IMG/VR virus record: IMGVR_UViG_3300029705_000023
Span: 109,563 to 173,562 of that record
DNA length: 64,000 nt
Source: a virus
Lineage: Duplodnaviria > Heunggongvirae > Uroviricota > Caudoviricetes
Strand: one strand, 5' to 3'
The number at the start of each line of letters is the position of its first letter. Position 1 is the first letter of the stretch. The position numbers and the translations under genes are program-made. The notes under the pieces are model-generated. The model did no database searches. It was not told the origin of the DNA and saw only the letters and a list, made by a program, of their open reading frames with translations. Positions 28,140 to 37,513 of the stretch are shown piece after piece.

Positions 28140-28559
28140 ATGCTGAACCGGAACAGGTGTCTTTTGAAATTGTTACTATCATACGCTGACTACAGCAATT
28201 CGATTACAGAGTATCTGGTTGATGAGACAGAGATACCCTTCGATCCGCAGACGGTACGCAGTCATCTGGAATGGCTGGAGCTGCGCGGGTACACAGTCCG
28301 CTCCCCGGTAAAAGAACCTGTATATCGATCATCCTCTGAAAATAGGTGCGGCTGCTACCGAATCAGTCCGCTTACGGAGCGTGGTGAAGAGTACCTGCGG
28401 CAGCTCAAGCGAAACTGGCTGCGCAGGTTTCTAGAAGCGGCACCGGACTCAACACTCTGGCTTCTCGTCCTCCGGATACTTGAACTGGTAGGGGCCGCGA
28501 CGATCCTGGGCGAGTATCTCGTCCCGATGTTCCATTATATAGAGCGCGTCTTCAAATAG
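28140..28559 (+). CDS. PadR-like winged-helix transcriptional regulator (139 aa)
   Basis: AAGGAG RBS. wHTH pattern (SITEYLVDETEIPFDPQTVRSHLEWLELRGYTVRS...YRISPLTERGEEYL). Confidence 0.45.
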   Translation: MLNRNRCLLKLLLSYADYSNSITEYLVDETEIPFDPQTVRSHLEWLELRGYTVRSPVKEPVYRSSSENRCGCYRISPLTERGEEYLRQLKRNWLRRFLEAAPDSTLWLLVLRILELVGAATILGEYLVPMFHYIERVFK

Positions 28560-28682
28560 GCGGTTTATGTACCACCCGGCCGTCCTGAATTCGTGACACA
28601 GATCCGCTGTGATCTTTTTCCGCAGCCAGCAGCTGTAGCACCAGTTACCAAATGCGAGGGCGATAAGTATCAGGTTCATCAT
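28449..28682 (-). CDS. Small membrane protein (77 aa), possible holin-like
   Basis: N-terminal transmembrane segment (LILIALAFGNWCYSCWL). Overlaps convergent gene 28140..28559 by 110 nt, so one of the two is probably mis-delimited. Confidence 0.25.
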   Translation of the reverse strand: MMNLILIALAFGNWCYSCWLRKKITADLCHEFRTAGWYINRLFEDALYIMEHRDEILAQDRRGPYQFKYPEDEKPEC

Positions 28683-28881
28683 TCTGTCCCTCCTCCGTGC
28701 CTTTTGCTAAAAAGTCCGCCTCCGCGCGGCCAAGTCTTCTCTCGGTATCCCGCACCATCGCGCGTGTCCTGCCGGAGATCCTGTGCAAGTTGGCGTGCAG
28801 TCCGCGATTTTTCCAGAACGACAGAAGGATAAACACCAGACACAGGATCTGGCCCCATTCCACATGATAGTCCATAACCAT
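28645..28881 (-). CDS. Small membrane protein (78 aa)
   Basis: Transmembrane segment (ILCLVFILLSFW). Confidence 0.25.
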   Translation of the reverse strand: MVMDYHVEWGQILCLVFILLSFWKNRGLHANLHRISGRTRAMVRDTERRLGRAEADFLAKGTEEGQNDEPDTYRPRIW

Positions 28882-29010
28882 TACCTCCTAAAAATACCTT
28901 CTGTTCTATAATGGACTGCCGGAGTCTCTTGTCAAGTTGTCTGTGCTGCTTCTCTTAAAAACCGGGATTCAGGCAATCTTATCTGTCTGTCTTGCCAGTA
29001 ACGCTGTTGT

Positions 29011-30186
29011 TCATTCAGAACTCCTTTGGCGGACGTCGACCAGCATTAGAAAATCTGCTACAGACATAAGCCACTTCTGCTGTATAGTTTTGTATGAATG
29101 ATGAATGGCACGCGGAACAACGAGCTGCAGGTTCCTCTGCTGCATTTCCTCCGTTTGTGATATACTGATCGCACCTTCCAGTGTCAGGAGATGTTTATGC
29201 TGAATACGGTCCGCCTCCGCGAGAACCTGTCTCCAGCGGTCTTTACAGGTACTCTTCGCTCCGAGCATTGTCAAACACTTTGTCGGGAAGTCAGAGTTTT
29301 TGTATTCCTCAATACCTGGAAAAATAAAATCCGGTTTAGACTTGTTCTCGGTAACAGGTGCACGGGTATAACGCAGTCCCCTATCCGTCAGCAGGCATTC
29401 AAAATGGTTCTCCAGTGCGAATCCGACGCGCGACTTTCTTCTATTGTGTACAGATAACGAAAATTGAATAAACTCATCCGTAGTCGAAAATCCGTGTTGA
29501 ATACGTTTTTTTACCAGACAGTCTTCCAGTGTACGGAACAAACTCTCTTCACGCTCCATCCACGCCATCAGGACACTATCCGGGTCATCCCGGGAGTCCA
29601 CGTCAGGGAGCGTGCTTCGTGCGTATTCAGAAAATGTTTTGGTACGCGGAAAGGTTCCCCGAAAACGTGCCAGCATATCATCTAAACAGGCGTCTGTCTC
29701 GCTGGGTAGCGTAATGCCGATCTGTTCCAGAATACTGCGCGTGACCCACTCTATTTGGCGATTCGCTGGTTTGTATTGTGATTCCTTATCTAGTCCGAGC
29801 ATCCACCGCAGCTGCGTATCGATTAAGGTATCCGCAGGTACCAGAAGAATCAAAACAGACTGGTTCGGCAGTATCCCAAAAAAGAGAGAGTCTCCTGCGC
29901 TCATTCTGTCGGTCACAGGGTTTGTCTCATAAAAAAGCCGGTATTCCGAGCGGCTGGGATGCTTTTCGCGGGCATCGTACCAGGTTACGTTTCCAGAGGA
30001 GGATGCCTGGATTCCGTCATCGGTAACATAAAGGTATACAGCCGACAGCTGTCTGCGCTCATTACCCAGCACTGCACGCATGGTAGCCACGCCGTTGAAC
30101 TCGTGCTGGCGGCAGGACCTATCGCCTGCTTCGCCCGATACAACCGACTTAACGAGTGCGCCGCGGATATACTGTTCCAGTTTCAT
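29011..30186 (-). CDS. EcoRII-family type II restriction endonuclease (391 aa)
   Basis: Trimmed to ATG 30186 (ATGA overlap with the MTase stop). The C-terminal half aligns by eye with EcoRII: [29 protein letters not shown]...[11 protein letters not shown]...[36 protein letters not shown]...LQLVVP versus EFIALANSVSNRRKSRAGKSLELHLEHLF...NKKPDFLFPS...[36 protein letters not shown]...VRLVVP. Confidence 0.8.
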   Translation of the reverse strand: MKLEQYIRGALVKSVVSGEAGDRSCRQHEFNGVATMRAVLGNERRQLSAVYLYVTDDGIQASSSGNVTWYDAREKHPSRSEYRLFYETNPVTDRMSAGDSLFFGILPNQSVLILLVPADTLIDTQLRWMLGLDKESQYKPANRQIEWVTRSILEQIGITLPSETDACLDDMLARFRGTFPRTKTFSEYARSTLPDVDSRDDPDSVLMAWMEREESLFRTLEDCLVKKRIQHGFSTTDEFIQFSLSVHNRRKSRVGFALENHFECLLTDRGLRYTRAPVTENKSKPDFIFPGIEEYKNSDFPTKCLTMLGAKSTCKDRWRQVLAEADRIQHKHLLTLEGAISISQTEEMQQRNLQLVVPRAIHHSYKTIQQKWLMSVADFLMLVDVRQRSSE

Positions 30187-31127
30187 GTCAGTCTCCTTAC
30201 GATCCTTTCGGCTATCTGTGCTATAAGCGGCACAACAACGGAATTGCCGAACTGCTTGTACGCACGAGTGTCCGACACTGGAATCACAAAGGAGTCTGGA
30301 AACCCCATAAGTCTGGCACACTCTCGAGGGGTCAGTCTGCGCGGGTTCCTTCCGCCGTCCTGGGGGATAAGGATCTCCGAACCGTCCTTATAATATCGGG
30401 CACTCAGCGTCCGGGTCACACCATCCAGATCTGCCAGTCCATAGCCGAAGCCGTTCCCGGCCGCTCTATGCTTTTCTGCATAGCCCTGAAGGTAGGACCA
30501 GAGTTTATCTGTAAGTGTATACTTCGGATCAACTTCCGTATCAAGAATATCCCGCACTTTCGGCTTCGGGGTGCACGGTACAAGATCAAAGTTGAATACA
30601 GGCTCTCCTTCACGAAAACCAACGATCACGATACGCTCCCGGTGCTGCGGCACAAACAGCTGTCCATCGAGCACCTGATAAAACACGCGGTACCCCAGGT
30701 CCTGCAATGAGTCGAGGATGACTCGAAATGTATTTCCTCGATCATGACTTTTCAGGTTCTTCACATTTTCCAGCATAAACGCTCGAGGTTTTTTCTCTTT
30801 CAGGATACGGCAGACATCGAAAAACAGTGTTCCCTGCGTCTCATCCTCAAAACCGGTAGCACGCCCCAGACTATTCTTCTTAGAGACGCCTGCGATGGAA
30901 AACGGTTGGCATGGGAAACCACCTGTCAGGATCTCATGATCCGGAATATCCGCTGAGCAAACCTTTGTAATATCCCCGTCCGGCAGCTCCCCAAAATTCG
31001 CCTGATAGGTTTTTTGAGCATATGTGTCCCACTCACTGGAGTAGACGCACTGACATCCAGCCTGTTCGAAGCCCAGTCTGATACCGCCGATCCCGGCAAA
31101 TAAATCGATAAATGTAAGTTTCTTCAT
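30183..31127 (-). CDS. dcm: DNA (cytosine-5)-methyltransferase, Dcm/M.EcoRII-like (314 aa)
   Basis: Motif I FAGIGG, motif [11 protein letters not shown], motif VI ENV, motif X QFGNSV. Confidence 0.9.
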   Translation of the reverse strand: MKKLTFIDLFAGIGGIRLGFEQAGCQCVYSSEWDTYAQKTYQANFGELPDGDITKVCSADIPDHEILTGGFPCQPFSIAGVSKKNSLGRATGFEDETQGTLFFDVCRILKEKKPRAFMLENVKNLKSHDRGNTFRVILDSLQDLGYRVFYQVLDGQLFVPQHRERIVIVGFREGEPVFNFDLVPCTPKPKVRDILDTEVDPKYTLTDKLWSYLQGYAEKHRAAGNGFGYGLADLDGVTRTLSARYYKDGSEILIPQDGGRNPRRLTPRECARLMGFPDSFVIPVSDTRAYKQFGNSVVVPLIAQIAERIVRRLT

Positions 31128-31278
31128 AATTCCTCCTGATTCATGAGATTATAGTAAACTGCGAGCCGGCTGTCAATAGGTCTTTTTTGCTAGGAGTATC
31201 TATAGCGGACTGTCTTGACAGTCATACCGTCTCTCTTAATATACTGATAGCATAGATGTAGTGAGTAAAGGAGGAGAT

Positions 31279-31560
31279 ATGAGAGAATCTTTTTGCGGGC
31301 TGGTGTGCGCCTTGCGGGAAAAAGGGTTTGACGAGCGGAAGAGGGGGCCTTACGGTACTGCGCTGGTCTCCTGTCGTCCGTTCGGGAAAAAGCTGACGGT
31401 TTCTCTGGACCGCGCGGACGACTACAGTCTTGCGATCCAGGCGCACCGCTTCGGGACGCCTATATCCTTTACAGGGGAGCTGGCAGGCAGTAAGATCCGG
31501 GACCCGGCGGACATCAGGATCGTGCAGGATATTTCTGGTTTGGAAGACCTTTTTAATTAG
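31279..31560 (+). CDS. Hypothetical protein (93 aa)
   Basis: Trimmed to ATG 31279 with AAGGAGGA RBS. Ends 11 nt before the SPFH gene. Confidence 0.4.
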   Translation: MRESFCGLVCALREKGFDERKRGPYGTALVSCRPFGKKLTVSLDRADDYSLAIQAHRFGTPISFTGELAGSKIRDPADIRIVQDISGLEDLFN

Positions 31561-31571
31561 GAGATTCGATA

Positions 31572-32447
31572 ATGGATGATGATGTGAAACAGGTTTTGCG
31601 GCAGGTACTTTGCCGCGGCAAATGGCTCGGTTTAGTCCTTCTTCTGGCGGTCGTGCTGTGGTCCGGTGTCACGATAGTGCCGCCCGGGCATTCCGGCGTT
31701 GTCGTGAGGCTCGGCGAAGTACAGCCGGAACCGCTGGCGGAGGGGGTCCATCTGGTGATACCGTTCGTGACCAGTGTGAAAATGAGCAGCGTACAGACCC
31801 AGCTGTGCGAGGTGAACTCGGAAGGGTCCACAAAGGATCTGCAGATCGTTTCCACCACACTGGCCTTGAACTACGCGCTTGCACGTGAGCAGACGCCGGC
31901 GCTCTTTCAGACCGTTGGCGTGGATTATCAGAGTAAGATCATCGTACCGGCAGTCATGGAGGTCTTCAAGTCTCAGACTGCCCGCTACACGGCCGAGGAG
32001 CTGGTCACAAAGCGCGAGGAACTCTCACAGGCGATCCGTACTGCGCTGGAAGAGCGGCTCTGTGCTCGCGGATTGCGGGTAGAGGCCATATCCCTGACGG
32101 ATTTCCGGTTCTCCCGGACTTTCGATGAGGCGGTCGAGCAGAAGATCGCGGCGGAACAGGCGGCGCTGACGGCGAAAAATGAACTTGAGAAGATCCGGGT
32201 AGAGGCCGAGAAAACAGTCGTGACCGCGCAGGGCGAAGCGGATGCGGCTAAAGCCAGAGCCGAAGGCGAGGCGGAGGCTGTACGGATCAAGACCGAGGCC
32301 GAAGCGGAGGCGGTCCGGCAGCTGGGGACAGCACTGAAAGAAAACCAGCCTGTCCTTTACTATGAGGGACTCCGCAAGTGGGACGGGCAGCTTCCGACAC
32401 ACATTCTCGGAACTCCGCCTGTTCCGACGTTCGAGACGTCAAAATAA
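31572..32447 (+). CDS. SPFH/band-7 (prohibitin/HflK-C-like) membrane protein (291 aa)
   Basis: N-terminal transmembrane segment (WLGLVLLLAVVLW), then an SPFH core and an Ala/Glu-rich coiled-coil tail (EAEKTVVTAQGEADAAKARAEGEAEAVRIKTEAEAEAVRQ). AGGAG RBS. Confidence 0.8.
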   Translation: MDDDVKQVLRQVLCRGKWLGLVLLLAVVLWSGVTIVPPGHSGVVVRLGEVQPEPLAEGVHLVIPFVTSVKMSSVQTQLCEVNSEGSTKDLQIVSTTLALNYALAREQTPALFQTVGVDYQSKIIVPAVMEVFKSQTARYTAEELVTKREELSQAIRTALEERLCARGLRVEAISLTDFRFSRTFDEAVEQKIAAEQAALTAKNELEKIRVEAEKTVVTAQGEADAAKARAEGEAEAVRIKTEAEAEAVRQLGTALKENQPVLYYEGLRKWDGQLPTHILGTPPVPTFETSK

Positions 32448-32463
32448 GACGAGCACCCTGTTT

Positions 32464-32495
32464 GCGGAAGGGAGAACCCCTTCCGCTTTTTTATT
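32464..32495 (+). terminator. Rho-independent terminator after the SPFH gene
   Basis: GCGGAAGGG-agaac-CCCTTCCGC-TTTTTTATT. Confidence 0.7.
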
Positions 32496-32655
32496 AATAT
32501 GTCAGATATAAGGGGGAAAATATGAATTATACGCTGAAGGTCTGCGGGATGGGTCGAATCGAGGAGTACGATGACTAGCGTAAGTAAAGAAGAGCATGTC
32601 CGATCATATTCTGTAGTCAATACCTTAAAAAGGGACATTTTTGCGGGAAGCCCCA

Positions 32656-32684
32656 TTGACAAACGGCATATTATCCTGTAAGAT
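32656..32684 (+). promoter_or_regulatory. Sigma-70-like promoter (TTGACA-17-TAAGAT) upstream of the orphan ATPase gene
   Basis: TTGACA 32656-32661, 17-nt spacer, TAAGAT 32679-32684, 40 nt upstream of ATG 32725. Confidence 0.4.
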
Positions 32685-32724
32685 GGTAGCACTGTCGTAC
32701 CTTACTTACTGAATGGAGTTTGAG

Positions 32725-33939
32725 ATGATCACACGCCTGACCGTAGAAAACTTTGGTCCAATTCGAAAATGTGAACTTGAATTTGGCGATTTAACTGTCG
32801 TTGTCGGACCGCAGGCCAGCGGTAAGAGTCTTCTGCTGCAGCTTTATCATTTTTTGGAAGATGCCGAGGCGGTCTACCAGCTCTACCGGCGGAATAATTG
32901 TGACTGGCGGGATGTCTCCGATGCAGTGCTGGCAACGAAACTTTTCCATGAGCTGTACTTCGGAGAAGGACTATCTTCGCTTATGCTCTCGTCTGAATCC
33001 CAAAAGATCCGGACAGACGGCAGGGTTCAGGATCTTCAGCAGCTGATTCTGAAGAAATCTGAACAAAAGAATACTTCCGCTTTCTATATTCCGGCGCAGC
33101 GTACACTTGCGTTTCAGAACGGATGGCCTCGACAGTTTTCTTCCTATGCGTTTGGAACGCCCTTTTCCCTAAGATTTTTCAGTGAGACACTTTGGAATCT
33201 TGTTGATTCCTTTGCCGCGGAAGCATCACACTCTCTGTTTCCGGTAGAAAAGCGGCTCAAGCAGGAATTTCGCAGGAACATCGATCAGTCAATTTACTGG
33301 GGGGCTTCCGTTCAAATACACAAAGACGCGAACACTGGAGCTAAAAGTATTCAGCTGGCACAGAAAGACAGCCGTGGCATCGGGTACAATGCGTGGTCGT
33401 CCGGTCAGCGTGAGTTTACGCCTTTGTTGCTGGGATGCTATCACCTTATGCCGCCCCGGCAGAAGCGAAAGTGCGAGAGGATCCACACGGTCATTATTGA
33501 AGAACCCGAGATGGGACTGCATCCTCAGGCGATCGTCAGTTTCTTTCAGCTTGTGCTCGAGCTGCTCTGGAGAAACTACCGTATCATTCTATCGACACAC
33601 TCCGATGTGATCCTGAATCTTGTCTGGGCACTGGTGAACCTGCAGAAGCTGCATCATAAAAATCCGGATTGCGGATATACTGCCTTCACTGATATATTCA
33701 GCCTGCCAAGGAAAAAACCGATTCTTGCGGTTTTTAACTCGATCATTCGAAAGTCCTTCAGGACATATTCCTTCAGCCATCTAAAAGATGGTGTTACACT
33801 TCAGGACATCTCAACGCTGGATCCCGCTTCTGCTGACCAGACTATCTCCGGCTGGGGAGGACTTACCGGAATTACCGATAAGGTCGTCTCCATTATTGGA
33901 CAGAACTATGCGGAGGAGGGGTATGAAGATGGAGTTTGA
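32725..33939 (+). CDS. Orphan ABC/SMC-type AAA_21 ATPase (404 aa)
   Basis: Trimmed to ATG 32725 (GGAG 8 nt upstream). Walker A GPQASGKS. Q-loop FYIPAQRT. Walker B/D-loop HTVIIEEPEMGLHPQA. H-loop ILSTHSD. No fused nuclease domain recognised. Confidence 0.7.
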   Translation: MITRLTVENFGPIRKCELEFGDLTVVVGPQASGKSLLLQLYHFLEDAEAVYQLYRRNNCDWRDVSDAVLATKLFHELYFGEGLSSLMLSSESQKIRTDGRVQDLQQLILKKSEQKNTSAFYIPAQRTLAFQNGWPRQFSSYAFGTPFSLRFFSETLWNLVDSFAAEASHSLFPVEKRLKQEFRRNIDQSIYWGASVQIHKDANTGAKSIQLAQKDSRGIGYNAWSSGQREFTPLLLGCYHLMPPRQKRKCERIHTVIIEEPEMGLHPQAIVSFFQLVLELLWRNYRIILSTHSDVILNLVWALVNLQKLHHKNPDCGYTAFTDIFSLPRKKPILAVFNSIIRKSFRTYSFSHLKDGVTLQDISTLDPASADQTISGWGGLTGITDKVVSIIGQNYAEEGYEDGV

Positions 33940-34133
33940 GAAAGTGATTGCCTCTGCCGGACTCCGGTATCACTCTGGACTCCAGGCAATGCCGGGTAAA
34001 GACCGGCAAAGGATTCAGGTGGTGAAGGATTAATAAAACGAACGCTGAAATCGCAAAAATGGTAGATGTTTGAGTACAGACAATTTAAGTATGAGCAAGA
34101 CAAAAACCACAATATTAAAAATTTTTAGACGTG

Positions 34134-34337
34134 ATGAACGTCCCCCGTTTTTGCCCTAAATGTAAACGTGAAATAGACATGCCAATTATATGGGGTTGCG
34201 GCTGGGACCTGAATTCGTTCGGAGTGCACCCGTGCCCGAATTGCGGCTATAGCGGATATTTAGAAACCGTAACGGGTGAAGATGGAGATGGAACTGTTTG
34301 GCAATATGACTATTCAGAACCGGAACCGGAGGAATAA
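34134..34337 (+). CDS. Small zinc-ribbon protein (67 aa)
   Basis: FCPKCKRE...HPCPNCGYSGY. The ORF-track start is GTG 34131, but ATG 34134 is more likely. Weak RBS. Confidence 0.35.
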   Translation: MNVPRFCPKCKREIDMPIIWGCGWDLNSFGVHPCPNCGYSGYLETVTGEDGDGTVWQYDYSEPEPEE

Positions 34338-34339
34338 AA

Positions 34340-34597
34340 ATGAGAGAATCATACGAGTATTTATTAAAACCTTGTCCGATGTGCGGGTCACATCGTTTGG
34401 TAGTAGAAAGAGATGAAAAGAATCAGGACAAAGTGGCAATCGTTTGCCAGAAATGTTATTGCCAGACGATGTTTTCCGGTTTTTATCCGGATATTGTCGC
34501 TAGATGGAACAGCCGAACAAACGACAAAGGTGAGGCGAATATCAGACCATGTACACCACCACCAAAGCACCAACCCGGACATTGGCGCGCTTGGTAA
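34340..34597 (+). CDS. Lar-family restriction-alleviation-like zinc-ribbon protein (85 aa)
   Basis: LKPCPMCGSH...VAIVCQKCYCQT...PDIVARWNSR matches the Lar_restr_allev pattern (LKPCPFCG...C..C...A..AWNRR). GGAGG RBS. Starts 2 nt after the upstream stop. Confidence 0.55.
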   Translation: MRESYEYLLKPCPMCGSHRLVVERDEKNQDKVAIVCQKCYCQTMFSGFYPDIVARWNSRTNDKGEANIRPCTPPPKHQPGHWRAW

Positions 34598-34941
34598 GCA
34601 CAGAACATCATAATCGCTGCGATTGCAGGCGTTGAAGGACCGCTGCCCCGTCTGAAACTGGAATAACAAACACGGGCAAACAGGATTTCCAACTGATTTT
34701 CTCGGATACTGGACACGACGGCTGTTCCCGGTATAATAAAGCAGCTGCAGTCGATCGCATACCTCGGCGCAAGGCAGAAGGCTCTGTGCATCGCGTACAA
34801 CCTGTCTGCCCTCTGTGCCTTCCAGGAAAATTTGAACTTTCTGTAACACCCGCCCGTTCTTTTTTACAGGACCCCCTTGAAGTTTTTCGGGGATGTGGTT
34901 TAATGAAGAAAAAGAACGAATTTTACAGAAAGGAACCGAAA

Positions 34942-35466
34942 ATGTATTACCTCTCGATCCTCGGCAAAGATATGGGACCGTTCACCCTCGAAGAACTTCA
35001 GGAGCTCGCAAAACAGGGAAGATTGTCCGAGGATACCATCGTTAAAGTCGATGGAAAAACGATGAAGGCCGGGGAGGTCGAGGGGGTGAGAGTTTTGTTT
35101 GAGCTGCTAGAGAAGAAGACTCTTAACAAAACGAAAAATAGTCCGAGTGCTGAAAGGTTGGTAGACTGGCTACTCTTTGGATGGTTGTGTATAACATTAT
35201 TGGGAGCCTTTGTGCTCTTATGGCCTACGGCAATTCTTCGTTTGATCTACTTTATCGTATCTTTTCTAAATTGTCTGAGCTTTATTGATAAAAAAGTGCG
35301 AATTAATACGATTTGTACTCTTCTGGTACTGGATGTGCTTCTGCTGATATTCGGGGTAAGTATGCGTCTCGGCACTATTACAGACTTTTTAGTCGTGAGT
35401 ATTCCAGGGGCCGCTTATACTGCAATTACTGCCGCCTTTATTGTTTCTCTCAGGAAGCGGCTCTAA
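34942..35466 (+). CDS. DUF4339 (GYF-like)-type N-terminal domain plus multi-pass membrane protein (174 aa)
   Basis: MYYLSILGKDMGPFTLEELQELAKQGRLSEDTIV matches the DUF4339 N-terminus. AAAGGA RBS 8 nt upstream. The ORF track extends to GTG 34786; ATG 34903 is an alternative start. TGGACA-18-TATAAT promoter-like box at 34709-34738. Confidence 0.45.
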   Translation: MYYLSILGKDMGPFTLEELQELAKQGRLSEDTIVKVDGKTMKAGEVEGVRVLFELLEKKTLNKTKNSPSAERLVDWLLFGWLCITLLGAFVLLWPTAILRLIYFIVSFLNCLSFIDKKVRINTICTLLVLDVLLLIFGVSMRLGTITDFLVVSIPGAAYTAITAAFIVSLRKRL

Positions 35467-35493
35467 TTTGAACCGCTTCCAAAGGACAAATGT

Positions 35494-36987
35494 TTATTCA
35501 CCAGAGTTGTCCGGAGTGTATGGTATGCGCCATGCCGGACTTCCATCCCCATACGGATCGTAACCGAGTGTCTCGTTGTCAAACATGCCCCACGTCGAAA
35601 ATGTACGTGAGTTGGCATGTTGTTTTAGCCGCTCTTTGGCAGCTGCAGAGCGGTCAAGTAAATGAGCCTGATTCGGGTCTAATGAGGTATTAGCTACCAG
35701 AGCAGCTACTTCTGACAATTCCATCGGTTTCTGAAGATTCCAGTAACCGCCGCCTTCCTTGTACCAGGTGTAATCGGCAGGGTTATTTGTCAATTCTCCC
35801 TTCGGGTAAGCATACACAATGTATCCTCCCAGTGGCCGTGTCTCATCTGTAACCCAGTAGGCATGATGATCTCTTGCGAGGGGATTGCCAGCAGAAGGGT
35901 AAGGTTTCACAAATCCATAGTAACGCATCTGACCATTCTGCATTTCTCCGCCGAGCTGTCCTACACCTGTGCCAATGAAAGGAGTTTTATCATATGTTGC
36001 TTTTGCGGCGAAATCTTTTTCAGCCGGCAGCCGTTCTTGTCCATCTTCAGTCCAAACGCCGCCTTTGTCATCTACACGAGTACCTGTTTTTCCAGGAACA
36101 GATATGCCCTTCAGACCTTGTTCTACTATTTCATAAACAGGCTTGCCTTTTTCATCGGATCTGACGACCTGAACGTTTCCGGAATCCACATCTTCCTGTG
36201 TGACGGGTGTTCCGTCTTCCAGCATACCGACGGGTGTGCCAGCCGCCAGCCCTGCATCCCATGCTTTCTGTTTTTTGAGGAAGTCATCATATTCCGTTTT
36301 ATTCGCGTTCCACTGATTGTACCCGGAGAGTCCGCCGATACCGGCACCTACGCCGCCTCCGAGCATCAGCCACGGCGCGAGACCGCCCTGTCCGCCCGTT
36401 AAGGCGTAACCGCCAAGTCCGCCTAAAAGACCAACTCCAAGACCCGTAAGCGCGTTGGACTGGAACGTCGGGTCCGACCAGATCGATTCCGCCAGTGTCC
36501 CTTTGGTCCACTCCGGTCTTTTACCGTGGTCTTTACGATAGGCTTCCAGATGAGCTTCTGCCGGATTTGCGGGGGTAGTCGGTTCTTGAGGGGCGGCGGT
36601 GGTCTCGGACGGTCCTGCAGATCCGGCTGTGTCCGCAACCGGCGCAGGGCCTACAGGCGCTGTCCCAGCGGTAGGCTGTGTTGTGGGACGGGATGCCGCA
36701 GGAGTCACGCGGGCTGCGGGAGGCAGCTCTCCCGGTTCCCAGCGCCGAAACTGCCCGGCAGGATTAGCGTGTACTATTTCGAGAGGTTCCTCTCCATAGC
36801 GGGTATCACGCTGGATCCCATGCGGCGAATAAGTTATTCGCCAAGTTTTGCTCGGATCGGTCTTGTCTGTAAGGAGGCGTCCTGACACACTTCCTTCACT
36901 GGGGAGCATGAATTGCATCAAGCGGGCATAGCGGGGATCTGTGCTTAGCATGTAGTTGGTAGTGTACCTGGTGCCATCCTCCTGCAT
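35494..36987 (-). CDS. Gly-rich membrane-segment protein with Pro/Ala-rich linker (497 aa); probably the 3' part of a frameshift-interrupted gene
   Basis: Long ORF. The upstream ORF (36945..37312) overlaps it by 43 nt and ends in a junk-like tail. Confidence 0.45.
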   Translation of the reverse strand: MQEDGTRYTTNYMLSTDPRYARLMQFMLPSEGSVSGRLLTDKTDPSKTWRITYSPHGIQRDTRYGEEPLEIVHANPAGQFRRWEPGELPPAARVTPAASRPTTQPTAGTAPVGPAPVADTAGSAGPSETTAAPQEPTTPANPAEAHLEAYRKDHGKRPEWTKGTLAESIWSDPTFQSNALTGLGVGLLGGLGGYALTGGQGGLAPWLMLGGGVGAGIGGLSGYNQWNANKTEYDDFLKKQKAWDAGLAAGTPVGMLEDGTPVTQEDVDSGNVQVVRSDEKGKPVYEIVEQGLKGISVPGKTGTRVDDKGGVWTEDGQERLPAEKDFAAKATYDKTPFIGTGVGQLGGEMQNGQMRYYGFVKPYPSAGNPLARDHHAYWVTDETRPLGGYIVYAYPKGELTNNPADYTWYKEGGGYWNLQKPMELSEVAALVANTSLDPNQAHLLDRSAAAKERLKQHANSRTFSTWGMFDNETLGYDPYGDGSPAWRIPYTPDNSGE

Positions 36988-37312
36988 TTCCGGGATTTCC
37001 AGCAGGAGACCCCGTTTTTATCTGCCATGTGTTGCAGATGTGTCGCGTTCGCAATCTCAGGGATTATTTTACGCATCTCCTCCGTAATCGGTACACTGCG
37101 TGACACGCCAGCACGGTTTAGATACGGCGGCACTGCTGGATTAGCTACAGGCTTACTAGCTACAGGCTGAGCAGACGGTGCTGCTGGACCAGCTGCAGGC
37201 GGAGCAGGCTGGGCTGCCTCTGCTTTTGTTTCTGGGTTCGGGGAGCTACTCGCTTCCGCTGCCAGTTTCATCATCCGTTCGCATTCGTACAATTCCTGTA
37301 ATAATTTTCTCA
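36945..37312 (-). pseudogene. 5' fragment of an interrupted gene (122 aa from MRKLLQELYECERMM), separated from 35494..36987 by a 1-nt frame offset near an A5/G4 run
   Basis: In the downstream ORF's frame there is a TAA at 37018-37020. A single indel between 36945 and 37017 (for example in gataaaaacgggg) would fuse the two ORFs. Confidence 0.3.
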
Positions 37313-37513
37313 TGAGTTTCTTCCTTAAACAGGTTATGGTTTGCAAATCCGGATAGGAGTATAGCAGAAAATTGGAAATAATCGAAAATTTCTGAAACTT
37401 TCTGTAACGGTCTGACGTTATTAATAATAGAGACTTAAAAACCAGCGTCTTTTGGGGCATATAACAGGACGTAAGGTTTTATTTTGGAACTTTTTCAGAA
37501 AAGGAGAATTGAG

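Noticed and set aside
31279-31560. Vsr (very-short-patch repair) endonuclease next to dcm
   Set aside because: The 93-aa product is too short and lacks recognisable Vsr motifs. Kept as a hypothetical protein.
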